Below are positions 8,565-18,537 of a stretch of DNA of 45,082 nucleotides, piece by piece. The notes beneath the pieces are model-generated. The model was given only the letters and a program-made list of their open reading frames with translations. It searched no databases and was not told where the DNA came from. Origin of the DNA: an uncultured Alphaproteobacteria bacterium. GTDB lineage: Bacteria > Electryoneota > RPQS01. Location: the NCBI GenBank assembly GCA_964370805.1, contig CAYJKM010000004.1, positions 1 through 45,082 on the forward strand, read 5' to 3'. The first letter of the stretch is position 1, and each line of letters opens with the position of its first letter. A program made the position numbers and the translations under genes.

Positions 8565-11500
8565 CTACTGTGCCGCGAAGTACTGCCCGTTTGGATGGTG
8601 GAATACCAACGCGGACACGCTTGATTCCGGCACCATCATCATCTCGTCCGTGAGTGAAACACCGATCGTCTCATACGGCCTGAGCAGTTCGAAGAGTGGA
8701 ATCTGATCTTCCAGATTTGGGCACGCAGGATAGCCGAACGACAGCCGGATCCCGCGATAGGTCGTGCGAATCAAGTCTTGCCATGTGAACTCCGGCGGAT
8801 CGGCGAAGCCCCAGTCCGCGCGAATCTTGCGATGCAGCCACTCCGCCGTCGCTTCTGCCATTTCGATTGCCAGCGCAGAAAGGATGTGCGACGATAACAG
8901 CTCGCCCTTGTCCTGCAACTCCTTCGCCTTTGCCTGCACGCTGTCCCCCGCTGTCGTCACAAACACCGCGAGATAGTCTTCCCCATTCAATGATTTGGGC
9001 CTGACCCAATCCGCCGCACAACGGAACGGAGCCGAGCGCTCGCGCGGGAACGTCCACTGCGCGCGAATCGCTTTGGTCTCGGGATCGAGCACCGTCACGC
9101 GCTCATTCTCGCTGTAGACCGGAAACCAGCGCCACGTTGCCCGCGGCTGAATCAATCGCTCGCCCACGGCCATTTCGAGCACGCGCTGGACGTGCGCTTT
9201 CAGGTCCTGCGCCTGCTTGTCTTTCGGATCGTCGAGCCGCGACGACGCAAGTCTCAAGCCCAAATGCTTGCCGTAGAGCATGGCGCGTGACACGAGCGGA
9301 AAGACTTCATGCGGCGAAATGTCTTTCAGTATATGCAGGTCAAAGTCCGGCGGCAACGGGACACCGACCTCTTCATACAGAGATTGCGAGGGGGGTTCGG
9401 GAAGCTGCGCAAACGATTTCCGCACCTCGCCCTGCGCCTTGACTTTCTTCCCTTCCCATTCCTGTTCAAGTTGAGGCCGCTCGCGTTCATTCGTCAGCCG
9501 GTTCGCGAGCTGCAGCCCCTGCATGGCCTCATTGGCATAAAAAACCGGACCTTGATAAGCAGGGGCAATCTTCGTCAGTGTGAAATTCTGCGTCAACGCC
9601 GCACCGCCGACCATCAACGGCAAGTCAATGCCGGATGCGGTCAAGTCCTGGGCCGTCACCACCATCTGCTGCGCCGACCGCACGAGCAATCCCGACAAGC
9701 CAATGAAATCCGGATGATGCTCGCGCACGGCTTCGATCAGAGTCTCAGGCGGGATCTTGATGCCGAGATTCACAACCTCGTAGCCGTTGTTGGAGAGAAT
9801 CATATCCACCAGATTCTTGCCGATGTCGTGCACGTCGCCCTTCACTGTGGCCAGCAGCATGCGTCCCCGCGTGGCTGTGGTCGCGCCCGGTTCGAGGAAC
9901 TTCTTCAGATAATCCACCGCGGCCTTCATGACTTCCGCCGACTCGAGCACTTCGGCCACGATCAATTTGTTGGCGCCAAACAGATCGCCGACGACTTTCA
10001 TTCCCGCCATCAGCGGACCGTTGATGATTTCGAGCGGCTCCATGTCTGCGAGCAATTGATCGAGCGTCTTTTCAATCCCTGCACGAGTGCCGTCCACCAC
10101 GCATTTCGAGAGTCGCTCGCCCGGCGGCAAGTGGGCGAGTTCATCCGCGCGCACCTCCGGCTTGGCCTCGCGATAGTACGCGGCAAAGGCGGCGATTGAA
10201 GCGGAATCTCCATTGTAGAGCACCTCTTCGCAGAGCGTGACCTCTTGAGGAGCAAGCGTGCCGTAGCGCTTGATGCCGGCAGTATTCACAATCGCCATGT
10301 CGAGACCGGCCTGCGTGCAGTCGTAGAGAAAGACGGAATTCAGCGCTTCGCGCCCCGCCGTCGGCAGGCCGAAGCTCACATTCGAGATGCCAAGAATCGT
10401 TAGACAGTCCGGATACCGCTGGTGCAGTACGCGAATCGCATCCCGCGTGGCGCGCGCCGCGCCCACGTAGTTCGGGTCACCCGTGCCGCACGGGAAGACG
10501 AGCGGATCGAAAATAATCTCGCCCGGATCAAAACCCCATTTCTCCGTGAGAGTCTTGAAGGCGCGGTCAGCGATGGCGAGCTTGCGCTCCAACGTCACAG
10601 CCATTCCGGCCTGCTTATCTTCATCGATTAAACCGAAGACGACTGACGCACCGAAACGGCGTGCGACCGGACAGACCTTCTCGAGCCGTTGGTCGCCGTC
10701 CTCAAAGTTGATGGAGTTGATGGCGGCTTTGCCGCCGATGCTCTGCAGCGCAATCTCCACGACTCGTTCATCGGTCGTGTCAATCATGACCGGCACGCGC
10801 ACCTTGCGCAACAGCGGCTTCAACACGGCCAGAAAATCGGACAATTCCTCGCGATCCGGGTTGGCAGTGCATAAATCCACGACGTGCGCGCCGCGCTGTA
10901 CCTGCTCCCTGCCGATCTCCGCAGCCAATTCGAACTTCTCTTCCTCAATCAGCCGTTTGAACTTGCGCGAGCCGATGACGTTGGTGCGTTCGCCGACGAA
11001 GGCGGGTTGAATGAATTCATCGAGCTTGAGCGGCTCACTCCCCGCGAGCGCGCGGCGAATCGCCTTCGTTTGCGGCTTGCGTGGGCGGTGATGATCGGCC
11101 ACTTTCCGCAGCGCGCTGACATGCTCGTGCGAGGTGCCGCAGCAGCCGCCGATCACATTGACAAAACTCTCTTGGCAGAAGCGCTCAAACACTTCATGAA
11201 AGACGTCCGGCCCCTCGTTGTATCGGCCGTCCGTGTCGGGCAACCCGGCATTCGGAACGCACGAGCAGGGAAAATGTGAAATGCCGGCAAGCGTGCGCAG
11301 ATGATCCGTCATCTTGTCCGGGCCCGTGGCGCAGTTCATCCCGAGATACAAGAGGTCACGTGACGCCACCGTGTAATAGAGCGCTTCGATGTTTTGCCCG
11401 GCCAGCATCGTGCCGTTTGGTTCAATCGTGACGGAGAGCGCAACCGGTACCGAGCGGTTCACCTTGCGCATCGCCTCGTCCAAGCCGATTAGCGCGGCCT

Positions 11501-12029
11501 TGACCGTGATCGTGTCCTGCTGCGTTTCGAGTAACAGATAATCCACACCGCCCGACAACAATCCTTCGGCTTGAATGCGAAAACTGCGCACGAGCTCGTC
11601 AAACGTGATGCCGCCCGTGACGGAGATGGACTTGTTGGTCGGTCCCATGGACCCGGCCACAATCACGCGGCGGTTGGAGGCGAATTTCTCCGCAGCCTCG
11701 CGCGCCAACTCGGCGGCACGACGGTTGATCTCGTGCGTCCGGTCTTGGAGACCGTATTCGCTTAGCACGATGGACGATCCCTGAAATGTATTTGTCTCGA
11801 TGATGTCCGAACCGGCATCGAGATAGAACTTGTGCAGATAAAGCACGAACTGCGGGGCATAGAGATTCAGCGCTTCGTTGCAGCCGAACAGCGGCTCGCC
11901 GCCGAACTCAGCCGCGGACGGGCGGAGCGCTTCCAGTCCGGTGCCGGTTGCACCATCCATCACCAGAATGCGCTGATTCATCAAATCGCGCAATTCGCGC
12001 CTAAGTATGTCCCCGGATGGGTAGGTCAT
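8565..12029 (-). CDS. metH: Cobalamin-dependent methionine synthase (5-methyltetrahydrofolate-homocysteine methyltransferase)
   Basis: 1154 aa. It has an Hcy-binding domain with GGCCGT, a pterin-binding domain, the B12-binding motif DVHDIGKN, and a C-terminal AdoMet reactivation domain. The stop is TAG. Confidence 0.97.
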   Translation of the reverse strand: MTYPSGDILRRELRDLMNQRILVMDGATGTGLEALRPSAAEFGGEPLFGCNEALNLYAPQFVLYLHKFYLDAGSDIIETNTFQGSSIVLSEYGLQDRTHEINRRAAELAREAAEKFASNRRVIVAGSMGPTNKSISVTGGITFDELVRSFRIQAEGLLSGGVDYLLLETQQDTITVKAALIGLDEAMRKVNRSVPVALSVTIEPNGTMLAGQNIEALYYTVASRDLLYLGMNCATGPDKMTDHLRTLAGISHFPCSCVPNAGLPDTDGRYNEGPDVFHEVFERFCQESFVNVIGGCCGTSHEHVSALRKVADHHRPRKPQTKAIRRALAGSEPLKLDEFIQPAFVGERTNVIGSRKFKRLIEEEKFELAAEIGREQVQRGAHVVDLCTANPDREELSDFLAVLKPLLRKVRVPVMIDTTDERVVEIALQSIGGKAAINSINFEDGDQRLEKVCPVARRFGASVVFGLIDEDKQAGMAVTLERKLAIADRAFKTLTEKWGFDPGEIIFDPLVFPCGTGDPNYVGAARATRDAIRVLHQRYPDCLTILGISNVSFGLPTAGREALNSVFLYDCTQAGLDMAIVNTAGIKRYGTLAPQEVTLCEEVLYNGDSASIAAFAAYYREAKPEVRADELAHLPPGERLSKCVVDGTRAGIEKTLDQLLADMEPLEIINGPLMAGMKVVGDLFGANKLIVAEVLESAEVMKAAVDYLKKFLEPGATTATRGRMLLATVKGDVHDIGKNLVDMILSNNGYEVVNLGIKIPPETLIEAVREHHPDFIGLSGLLVRSAQQMVVTAQDLTASGIDLPLMVGGAALTQNFTLTKIAPAYQGPVFYANEAMQGLQLANRLTNERERPQLEQEWEGKKVKAQGEVRKSFAQLPEPPSQSLYEEVGVPLPPDFDLHILKDISPHEVFPLVSRAMLYGKHLGLRLASSRLDDPKDKQAQDLKAHVQRVLEMAVGERLIQPRATWRWFPVYSENERVTVLDPETKAIRAQWTFPRERSAPFRCAADWVRPKSLNGEDYLAVFVTTAGDSVQAKAKELQDKGELLSSHILSALAIEMAEATAEWLHRKIRADWGFADPPEFTWQDLIRTTYRGIRLSFGYPACPNLEDQIPLFELLRPYETIGVSLTDEMMMVPESSVSALVFHHPNGQYFAAQ

Positions 12030-12179
12030 TTCGCTGCTTGAAGTTAGAATTAACCTTTTAATTTACAAACATTCCCAACAAAAATCAAGCCTCTTCAGAC
12101 AACGTAGGGCGGCCCTGACCGGTTTGACTTTGGCTAAGAGGCTGCTAAATTGTCCTAAACATTCAAACTGACGCCCTCT

Positions 12180-13952
12180 GTGCGAACATTTATCTTTCTT
12201 ATCCCCCTGGTTGGCGTTGCACTTTCAGCCCTTGCCAAGGACGCGAACGAGTGGCTCACCCGGTACGAGCAGTCTCAGTTCGTGGAGACGTCGCGGTATG
12301 AAGAGACTGTGACGTTTTGCCAGAAGCTGGCCGATGCATCGCGTTTTACTGAGTACCGCACGTTCGGAGCATCTGCCGAAGGCCGTGACTTACCGCTGCT
12401 TTGGATTGATCAGGCCGACGACGCCGATGCACCGCTCGTTTTGATTATTGCAGGAATCCATTCCGGCGAAATCGACGGCAAGGATGCCGGTCTGACCTTG
12501 TTCCGCGATGCACTTGTCCTTGACAAACATCCCGGCTTGCTTGATAACATACGCGTTGCCTTCGTACCAATCTTCAATGTCGATGGGCACGAGCGGTTCT
12601 CCGCCTACTCGCGTTCCAATCAGCGAGGCCCAAAGGAGATGGGCTGGCGTACAACGGCTCAAAACATCAATCTCAACCGTGATTGGCTGAAGGCGGATAC
12701 CCCGGAAATGCACGCCATGCTCGACCTGATCAACAAGTTGCAGCCGGATTTTCTGATGGATATTCACGTTACCGATGGCGTTGATTGCCAATATGTAATT
12801 TCGTATGCACTTGGAGTCTTCGCAAATGAACTCGCACCGATCCGACGATTTAACCGAGACCTCTTCTTACCGGATGTAACGGCAAAGATGCGTGAGGCTG
12901 GATATGAGTTCGTCCCGTACATTCTCCCTCGATCCAGTCATGACATTCGGAGCGGTCTGGAACGCGACATCTACCCGCCGCGATTTTCAAATGGATATGG
13001 ATCCGTTATCAACAGACCCTTTATCCTGATCGAAACGCATAGCCTTAAGGATTACAGGTCGCGCGTAACGGCGGTTTATGAATACTTGAGATTCTCGTTG
13101 ATGTCCATCGGCGAGCACAGAAAAGAATTGCTCGCCGCGAATCGCTCCGCCGATTCGCTGGCGTCATCCTTGCCGGGTCGCGCTTATGTACTGAACTGGT
13201 CTTTGTCTCCTGATACAAGTTGGGCGGACTTCGCCGGAGTGAGTTTCGAGTTCATGAAAAGCGCTATCAGCGGCGGCGATGTAGTCCAGTGGGGAACTAC
13301 ACCGGAATTCTTCCGCATCCCGGTCTTCGATCAGCATTTCGCGGCGGACAGTGTGGACGTGCCGTGTGGTTATGTAATTCCCGCGCCATGGCTGCCCTAC
13401 TTGGATGAAGCACTGCAAGCTCACAATCTGCCTGTGTTGAAAACCGGCCGACCGACAGTTGTCGATGTAGAAACTTACCGCTTCGACAAGGTGACCTTTT
13501 CGGACAGGCCTTACGAAGGCCGTTTTCGTGTCAATTTCGAGACCTCCCCAATATTGCAGGTAATGTCACTGCCTGCCGGATCGGCGCTAATTCCTCTTGA
13601 CCATCCTCGAGCACAAGTTGCGATTCATCTGCTGGAGCCGAAAGCGCCGGACTCGTTTGTTCGCTGGGGATTCATGACGCAGATCTTCGAGCAGAAGGAA
13701 TATATGGAATCGTATGTTGCTGACACATTGGCAAGGAGGATGCTTGCGGAATCCCCAGGGGTCGCCGCCGAGTTTAACGCTCGTCTGGCCACGGACTCCA
13801 CCTTTGCTGGCAGCCCGGAAGCAAGGTGGGACTTTTTTTATCAGCGCTCTTCGTACTGGGATGACCGTAAAGACCTTTACCCGGTTGGCCGCATACTCTC
13901 AGCATCAGAATATGAACGAATCAAGAGTTTAACTCCAGAATCCTCAAGGTAA
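12180..13952 (+). CDS. Secreted M14-family zinc carboxypeptidase-like protein
   Basis: GTG start and signal peptide MRTFIFLIPLVGVALSALA. The HxxE zinc motif appears in IIAGIHSGEIDGKDAG, and NLNRDW is typical of M14. Confidence 0.8.
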   Translation: MRTFIFLIPLVGVALSALAKDANEWLTRYEQSQFVETSRYEETVTFCQKLADASRFTEYRTFGASAEGRDLPLLWIDQADDADAPLVLIIAGIHSGEIDGKDAGLTLFRDALVLDKHPGLLDNIRVAFVPIFNVDGHERFSAYSRSNQRGPKEMGWRTTAQNINLNRDWLKADTPEMHAMLDLINKLQPDFLMDIHVTDGVDCQYVISYALGVFANELAPIRRFNRDLFLPDVTAKMREAGYEFVPYILPRSSHDIRSGLERDIYPPRFSNGYGSVINRPFILIETHSLKDYRSRVTAVYEYLRFSLMSIGEHRKELLAANRSADSLASSLPGRAYVLNWSLSPDTSWADFAGVSFEFMKSAISGGDVVQWGTTPEFFRIPVFDQHFAADSVDVPCGYVIPAPWLPYLDEALQAHNLPVLKTGRPTVVDVETYRFDKVTFSDRPYEGRFRVNFETSPILQVMSLPAGSALIPLDHPRAQVAIHLLEPKAPDSFVRWGFMTQIFEQKEYMESYVADTLARRMLAESPGVAAEFNARLATDSTFAGSPEARWDFFYQRSSYWDDRKDLYPVGRILSASEYERIKSLTPESSR

Positions 13953-14023
13953 TAGTCCAATGCCTTGAGGATCGTGAGGAATAATCGTATATTCCCAATA
14001 GACCACATCAATCTCCTTGTCCA

Positions 14024-15574
14024 ATGAGTCAGAACGGCTATCACGTAAACTCGAACCGCCTCGTCGACGTCCATGCCGGATCGGCACGGGGTTCGGTTGC
14101 CACTCGCACGGCAGCGGAGGAGCAGCAGTTCCTCGACCACGTGCGGAGTCGCGTGGTCGGGGCCAACCTGCAGATCGAGACGGTGTTTGGCGTGAAGCCG
14201 CTGCGGTATTTCGATTTCATCGCTTCGGGACGATTCCACCGGGACGTGGAGGACGAGCTGGCTGAAAACGTGCTTCCGTACATGGCCAACACACATACGG
14301 AGACCACGTTTACCGGCAAGCTGATGACAGAGCTGTACGAGCAGGCCTTCAAGCGGATCGCGGGCTACATCAATGCCTCCAAAGAGGATGCGCTGATTCC
14401 CGTCGGCTCCGGTTCGACGGGAGCAATCAACCGCCTGATCAGCGTGCTCGGGCTGCGCATCCCCGACCAGCTTGAAGAAGTGCGGCACTGCAAGACCTGT
14501 ATTCCGGAAAGTCAGCGGCCGGTCATCTTCCGCTCGATGATGGAACATCACTCCAACGATATCGCCTGGCGGGAGACAATCGGCGACGTGGAATACGTCG
14601 AGTTTGACGTCGACGGCCGGATTTCGCCGGATGACCTGGAGATCAAACTTGAGCAATACAAGGATCGCCCGTACAAGATCGGCACGTTTAGCGCGGCGTC
14701 AAATGTAACCGGTATTCTGAATGATTGTCACCGGCTCGCACGGGTCTTGCACAAGCACGGCGCGCTGGCGTTTTTCGATTTTGCCGCGGCGGGGCCGTAT
14801 GTGGACATTGACATGCACCCGGAGCATGACGCCGACGGCTTCTTCGACGCGATCTTCTTCTCCGTACATAAATTCTTAGGCGGGCCGCGCGCACCGGGGT
14901 TGTTGGTTGCGAATCGCAAGCTCTTTACGAATCGCGTCCCGGCCGAGCCGGGCGGCGGCACGGTGCTCTATACATCACCGTGGGATCATCGCTATCTTTC
15001 ATCCATCGAGCATCGTGAAACCGGCGGAACACCGCCGATTGTGCAATCGATTCAAGCCGGGTTGGCATTCGATCTCAAAGCTGCCATTGGTGCGGAACGA
15101 ATCGAACGCATCGAACAGGATTACCTCGCACGTGCCTTGAAAGAGTGGTTGGATCACCCCAATCTCTGGGTGCTGGGAAACCCGCAGACGCGGCGGCTGG
15201 GTGTAATCTCGCTGATCTTCCGCGATCTGCATCACAACCTTGCGGCGGCGCTACTTAATGACCTCTATGGAATACAAGTGCGCGGCGGCTGTATGTGCGC
15301 CGGCCCCTATGGTCATCTGTTGCTGCATATTAATCAGAACTACTCAGCAGAAATCCGTCACCGACTGGACGAAGGACACATCGGTGACAAGCCCGGCTGG
15401 GTGCGCGTCAGCCTCTCCCCTACCGTGACCGAAGATGAGTTTCAGGTGATGCTGGAAGCGGTTGACCACATCGCTCGACATGGGCAAGATTACGAAAGTC
15501 GCTACCAGCTCAGTGACGAAACCGGAGAATGGTGCTGGCGAGGAGATCGCGCCTCCGTTATGTTCAGCGGATAG
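14024..15574 (+). CDS. Class-V aminotransferase fold PLP-dependent enzyme (cysteine desulfurase / selenocysteine lyase-like superfamily)
   Basis: A PLP-lysine context is present (FFSVHKFLGGPRAPGLL), along with SGSTGAIN and HHSNDIAW motifs. Length is 516 aa. Confidence 0.8.
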   Translation: MSQNGYHVNSNRLVDVHAGSARGSVATRTAAEEQQFLDHVRSRVVGANLQIETVFGVKPLRYFDFIASGRFHRDVEDELAENVLPYMANTHTETTFTGKLMTELYEQAFKRIAGYINASKEDALIPVGSGSTGAINRLISVLGLRIPDQLEEVRHCKTCIPESQRPVIFRSMMEHHSNDIAWRETIGDVEYVEFDVDGRISPDDLEIKLEQYKDRPYKIGTFSAASNVTGILNDCHRLARVLHKHGALAFFDFAAAGPYVDIDMHPEHDADGFFDAIFFSVHKFLGGPRAPGLLVANRKLFTNRVPAEPGGGTVLYTSPWDHRYLSSIEHRETGGTPPIVQSIQAGLAFDLKAAIGAERIERIEQDYLARALKEWLDHPNLWVLGNPQTRRLGVISLIFRDLHHNLAAALLNDLYGIQVRGGCMCAGPYGHLLLHINQNYSAEIRHRLDEGHIGDKPGWVRVSLSPTVTEDEFQVMLEAVDHIARHGQDYESRYQLSDETGEWCWRGDRASVMFSG

Positions 15575-15607
15575 CATGAATCGGCAAACGAGATGATCAT
15601 ATTCATT

Positions 15608-15639
15608 GGGTCGGCCTCTGCGGTTGACCCGTTCTTTTT
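15608..15639 (+). terminator. Rho-independent terminator, a degenerate member of the GGGTCAGCC/GGCTGACCC hairpin family
   Basis: GGGTCGGCC-tctgc-GGTTGACCC followed by GTTCTTTTT. Confidence 0.6.
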
Positions 15640-15653
15640 GAGAAACCAATCAC

Positions 15654-16910
15654 ATGTCTGAGCTTGTGACGCAACAGATACGCGAAACTATCGAGAGCAT
15701 TTACCGTGCGGAATCCCGTCAAATCCTGGCTACGCTGATCCGGCTGATCGGGGATTTCGATCGTGCCGAAGATGCGCTGCAGGATGCCTTTCGCGCCGCC
15801 ATGGAGCAATGGCCGGCCAAAGGCGTGCCCGCCAATCCGCGTGCCTGGCTTATCTCAGTCGGGCGATTCAAGGCGATTGACAACCTGCGACGACGTGCCC
15901 GTGTTGATTCCATGGAGCCGGAGCAGTTTGATCGTTTGGAATCCGAATCCACTGACCCGGCAGACCTCGCCGACGACGTCGTCAAAGACGACCAACTGAG
16001 ACTCATTTTTACTTGCTGTCACCCGGCGCTCGCAGCCGATGCTCGCGCCGCGTTGACTCTCCGCGAGGTCTGCGGCTTGACGACCGAAGAAATCGCTCAT
16101 GCCTACCTCACGACTCCGTCCACGCTTGCTCAGCGAATCGTGCGCGCAAAAGCAAAAATCCGGGACGCTCGCATTCCTTATGATGTGCCATCCGCGACGG
16201 AGCTTCCCGTACGACTGGACACTGTGCTTCAAGTGATTTACCTTGTCTTCAACGAAGGCTATTCGGCATCCTCAGGAGCATCGCTGACGCGACCGGATCT
16301 TTCCGGCGAGGCGATTCGCCTGGGAAGACTGCTCCTGGGGCTTCTGCCCGAACCGGAAGTCGTGGGTCTTTTAGCGCTCATGCTGTTGCACGAATCACGA
16401 CGTCCGGCTCGCACGTCACCGTCAGGCGAGATTATCTTATTGGAGAGTCAAGACCGCTCACTTTGGAATCGAACGTTGATTGCAGAGGGCACGGTCTTAG
16501 TGGAACGTGCGCTGATTTCACGCCGCTTCGGAGCGTACACGATCCAAGCGGCCATCGCGGCCGTTCATGCGGAGGCATCGAGTACGGCGGCGACCGACTG
16601 GGCTCAGATCGTGGGGTTATATGATGTCTTGTATCGAGCTGAGCCGTCGCCGGTCATTGAACTGAATCGTGCCGTGGCAGTGGCCATGCGCGACGGACCG
16701 GCAGCGGGCTTGCAGTTGATTGATGCGATACTACGTCGTGGTGAGCTGACGGATTATCACTGGGCCTATTCCGCTCGCGCGGAATTGTACCGTCGTCTTG
16801 GACGAACCGAGGAGGCACGGGCAGCTTATGAGCAAGCCCTTTCCCTGACGAAGCAGGAACCTGAACGGCAGTTTCTTGAGCAGAAGCTGGAGGCCTTGGA
16901 AAAGGGCTGA
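15654..16910 (+). CDS. ECF sigma factor with a long C-terminal TPR-like extension (ECF42-type)
   Basis: Sigma region 2 (AEDALQDAFRAAMEQW) and region 4 (LTLREVCGLTTEEIAHAYLTTPSTLAQRIVRAKAKI) are followed by a ~200-aa extension. The gene sits immediately upstream of DGPF/YCII genes. Confidence 0.85.
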   Translation: MSELVTQQIRETIESIYRAESRQILATLIRLIGDFDRAEDALQDAFRAAMEQWPAKGVPANPRAWLISVGRFKAIDNLRRRARVDSMEPEQFDRLESESTDPADLADDVVKDDQLRLIFTCCHPALAADARAALTLREVCGLTTEEIAHAYLTTPSTLAQRIVRAKAKIRDARIPYDVPSATELPVRLDTVLQVIYLVFNEGYSASSGASLTRPDLSGEAIRLGRLLLGLLPEPEVVGLLALMLLHESRRPARTSPSGEIILLESQDRSLWNRTLIAEGTVLVERALISRRFGAYTIQAAIAAVHAEASSTAATDWAQIVGLYDVLYRAEPSPVIELNRAVAVAMRDGPAAGLQLIDAILRRGELTDYHWAYSARAELYRRLGRTEEARAAYEQALSLTKQEPERQFLEQKLEALEKG

Positions 16911-16916
16911 AAATCG

Positions 16917-16945
16917 AATGTCGAAATTGCGTATGGTCGAACGAC
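16917..16945 (+). promoter_or_regulatory. ECF-type promoter candidate upstream of the first DGPF gene (GAATGTCGAA-N16-CGAC)
   Basis: TGTCGA at 16919-16924, a 17-nt spacer, then CGAC at 16942-16945, about 85 nt before the ATG at 17030. The same 10-mer GAATGTCGAA recurs at 35425. Confidence 0.45.
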
Positions 16946-17029
16946 TAATGGGTGAAAGCGTTTAAAAGAGGGCGCGGCACCCACGCACAAAGATCAGAGT
17001 TTTCGCGTAAATCTAAAGGAGACAAGACA

Positions 17030-17449
17030 ATGCGGTTTTTGGTTTTGGTCAAGGCCACCAAGCAGTCCGAAACGGGAGTGATGCCGACAGAAGGAATGCT
17101 CGCCGCGATGGGCAAGTTCAATGAAGAACTTCAAAACGCCGGTATGCTGATTGACGGTGCGGGACTCAAGCCGAGTTCGGCCGGAGCTCGCATCAAGTAT
17201 GCGAACGGCAAGCGAACGGTCACTGACGGACCGTTTGCAGAATCCAAGGAGCTGGTCGCCGGATACTGGCTGTTGGAAGCCAAATCTCTGGACGAGGCCA
17301 TCGAATGGCTGCGGCGCGCTCCGATGGATTCCGATCCGCAAATCAGTCCGGAAGCGGAAATTGAGATTCGCCCGCTGTTTCAGTTCGAAGATTTCGGCGA
17401 GAGCGAGGCCGTGGAGAAGATGCGCCAGCTGAATCTGAGTGGAACGTGA
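17030..17449 (+). CDS. YCII-related DGPF-domain protein (type I paralog)
   Basis: MRFLVLVKAT...[22 protein letters not shown], with AAGGAG upstream of the ATG at 17030. The track ORF begins earlier, at a GTG at 16952. Confidence 0.85.
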   Translation: MRFLVLVKATKQSETGVMPTEGMLAAMGKFNEELQNAGMLIDGAGLKPSSAGARIKYANGKRTVTDGPFAESKELVAGYWLLEAKSLDEAIEWLRRAPMDSDPQISPEAEIEIRPLFQFEDFGESEAVEKMRQLNLSGT

Positions 17450-17457
17450 GTCACGCC

Positions 17458-17820
17458 ATGAAGTACGTGTGTCTATGTTACGACGCGGAAGAGAAGCTCA
17501 AGGCAATGCCGCAGAGCGAGTGGAGCGAAGTCGTACGCGAAACCTACGCCTATAACGAAGAACTCACGAAGAAAGGTTACCTACTCGCGGCGCAGTCGCT
17601 TCAATCCGTGCGAAACGCTGTGACGGTCAGAGTGCGGAATGGCAAAGTTTCCACGGTTGACGGTCCCTTCGCTGAGACCAAAGAGCAATTGGGAGGGTTC
17701 TTCCTAATTGAAGCGAGGGATCTGAACGAAGCCATTCAGGTTGCGTCGAAGCTCACCGGAGCGCGCTTGGGATGCATCGAAGTCCGCCAAACCGCGGAGT
17801 TGAGCGAAAAAGACCTTTGA
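17458..17820 (+). CDS. YCII-related DGPF-domain protein (type II paralog)
   Basis: MKYVCLCY...[30 protein letters not shown]. Confidence 0.85.
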   Translation: MKYVCLCYDAEEKLKAMPQSEWSEVVRETYAYNEELTKKGYLLAAQSLQSVRNAVTVRVRNGKVSTVDGPFAETKEQLGGFFLIEARDLNEAIQVASKLTGARLGCIEVRQTAELSEKDL

Positions 17821-17882
17821 AGCCGCGTCATCAGGCAGATCAACTAAGCAACGAAAAACTCGAACCCCCAAGTCCAATACTC

Positions 17883-18497
17883 ATGCGAAACATTATTACT
17901 ACAACATTTGTCACTCTGGATGGTGTGATGCAGGCGCCTGGTGGCCCGAAAGAAGACCGGGCAGGCGACTTTGCCTGGGGCGGATGGTCCTTCCATTATT
18001 GGGACAAGATGATGGGCGATGTCATGGACTCGTTCATGGCACAGTCATTTGATCTGCTTCTGGGCAGACGCACATACGAGATCTTCGCCGGCTACTGGCC
18101 AAAGGAGAAAGGCAACCCAGTGGCCGATAATTTCAACAGGACGGCGAAGTACGTCGTTTCGCACCATCCCGTCGAACTCACGTGGAAGAATTCCATTTTG
18201 ATCACGGGTGACGCGGTTGCCGAACTCAAGAAGTTCAAACAACAAGCCGGCAATGATCTATGGGTGCACGGCAGCGGAAACCTCATTCAGACATTGTTAG
18301 CCAACAACCTCGTAGACCGGATGCATGTCTGGACATTTCCCGTGACGGTCGGCAAGGGCAAGCGCTTGTTTGCCGAAGGGACGAAACCGCAGAGTCTGAA
18401 ACTCGCGGACTCCAAGGTTGCCACGACGGGTGTCACGATTGGCACCTATGAACCGGCAGGAGATTTAGTGACTGGTTCGTTTTCGGGCGAGCTTTAG
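17883..18497 (+). CDS. Dihydrofolate reductase-like (RibD C-terminal domain) family protein
   Basis: MRNIITTTFVTLDGVMQAPGGP...LLLGRRTYEIFAGYW...LWVHGSGNLIQTLL. The start was chosen at the internal ATG at 17883. Confidence 0.8.
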   Translation: MRNIITTTFVTLDGVMQAPGGPKEDRAGDFAWGGWSFHYWDKMMGDVMDSFMAQSFDLLLGRRTYEIFAGYWPKEKGNPVADNFNRTAKYVVSHHPVELTWKNSILITGDAVAELKKFKQQAGNDLWVHGSGNLIQTLLANNLVDRMHVWTFPVTVGKGKRLFAEGTKPQSLKLADSKVATTGVTIGTYEPAGDLVTGSFSGEL

Positions 18498-18537
18498 ATA
18501 TGCAGACGACACCGTATTGATTGAAAAGGAGTTGCAG

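Noticed and set aside
9309-10199. 296-aa ORF, and several smaller ones (10483-11010, 10884-11279), antisense inside metH
   Set aside because: These are antisense shadow ORFs in GC-rich coding DNA with Arg/His/Gln-rich nonsense composition. metH on the opposite strand is unambiguous.
12030-12179. Cobalamin riboswitch upstream of metH
   Set aside because: The leader is too short (about 150 nt, shared with a divergent promoter) and lacks a recognisable B12-box. B12 riboswitches normally repress metE rather than metH.
13877-14656. 259-aa minus-strand ORF overlapping the class-V aminotransferase gene
   Set aside because: It is antisense to a gene with a clear PLP-enzyme signature and matches no recognisable family.
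16952-17029. 26-codon N-terminal extension of the first DGPF ORF from a GTG at 16952
   Set aside because: AAGGAG sits directly upstream of the internal ATG at 17030. The paralog at 21664 starts at the equivalent MRF residues, and the extension would overlap the predicted ECF promoter and 5' UTR.
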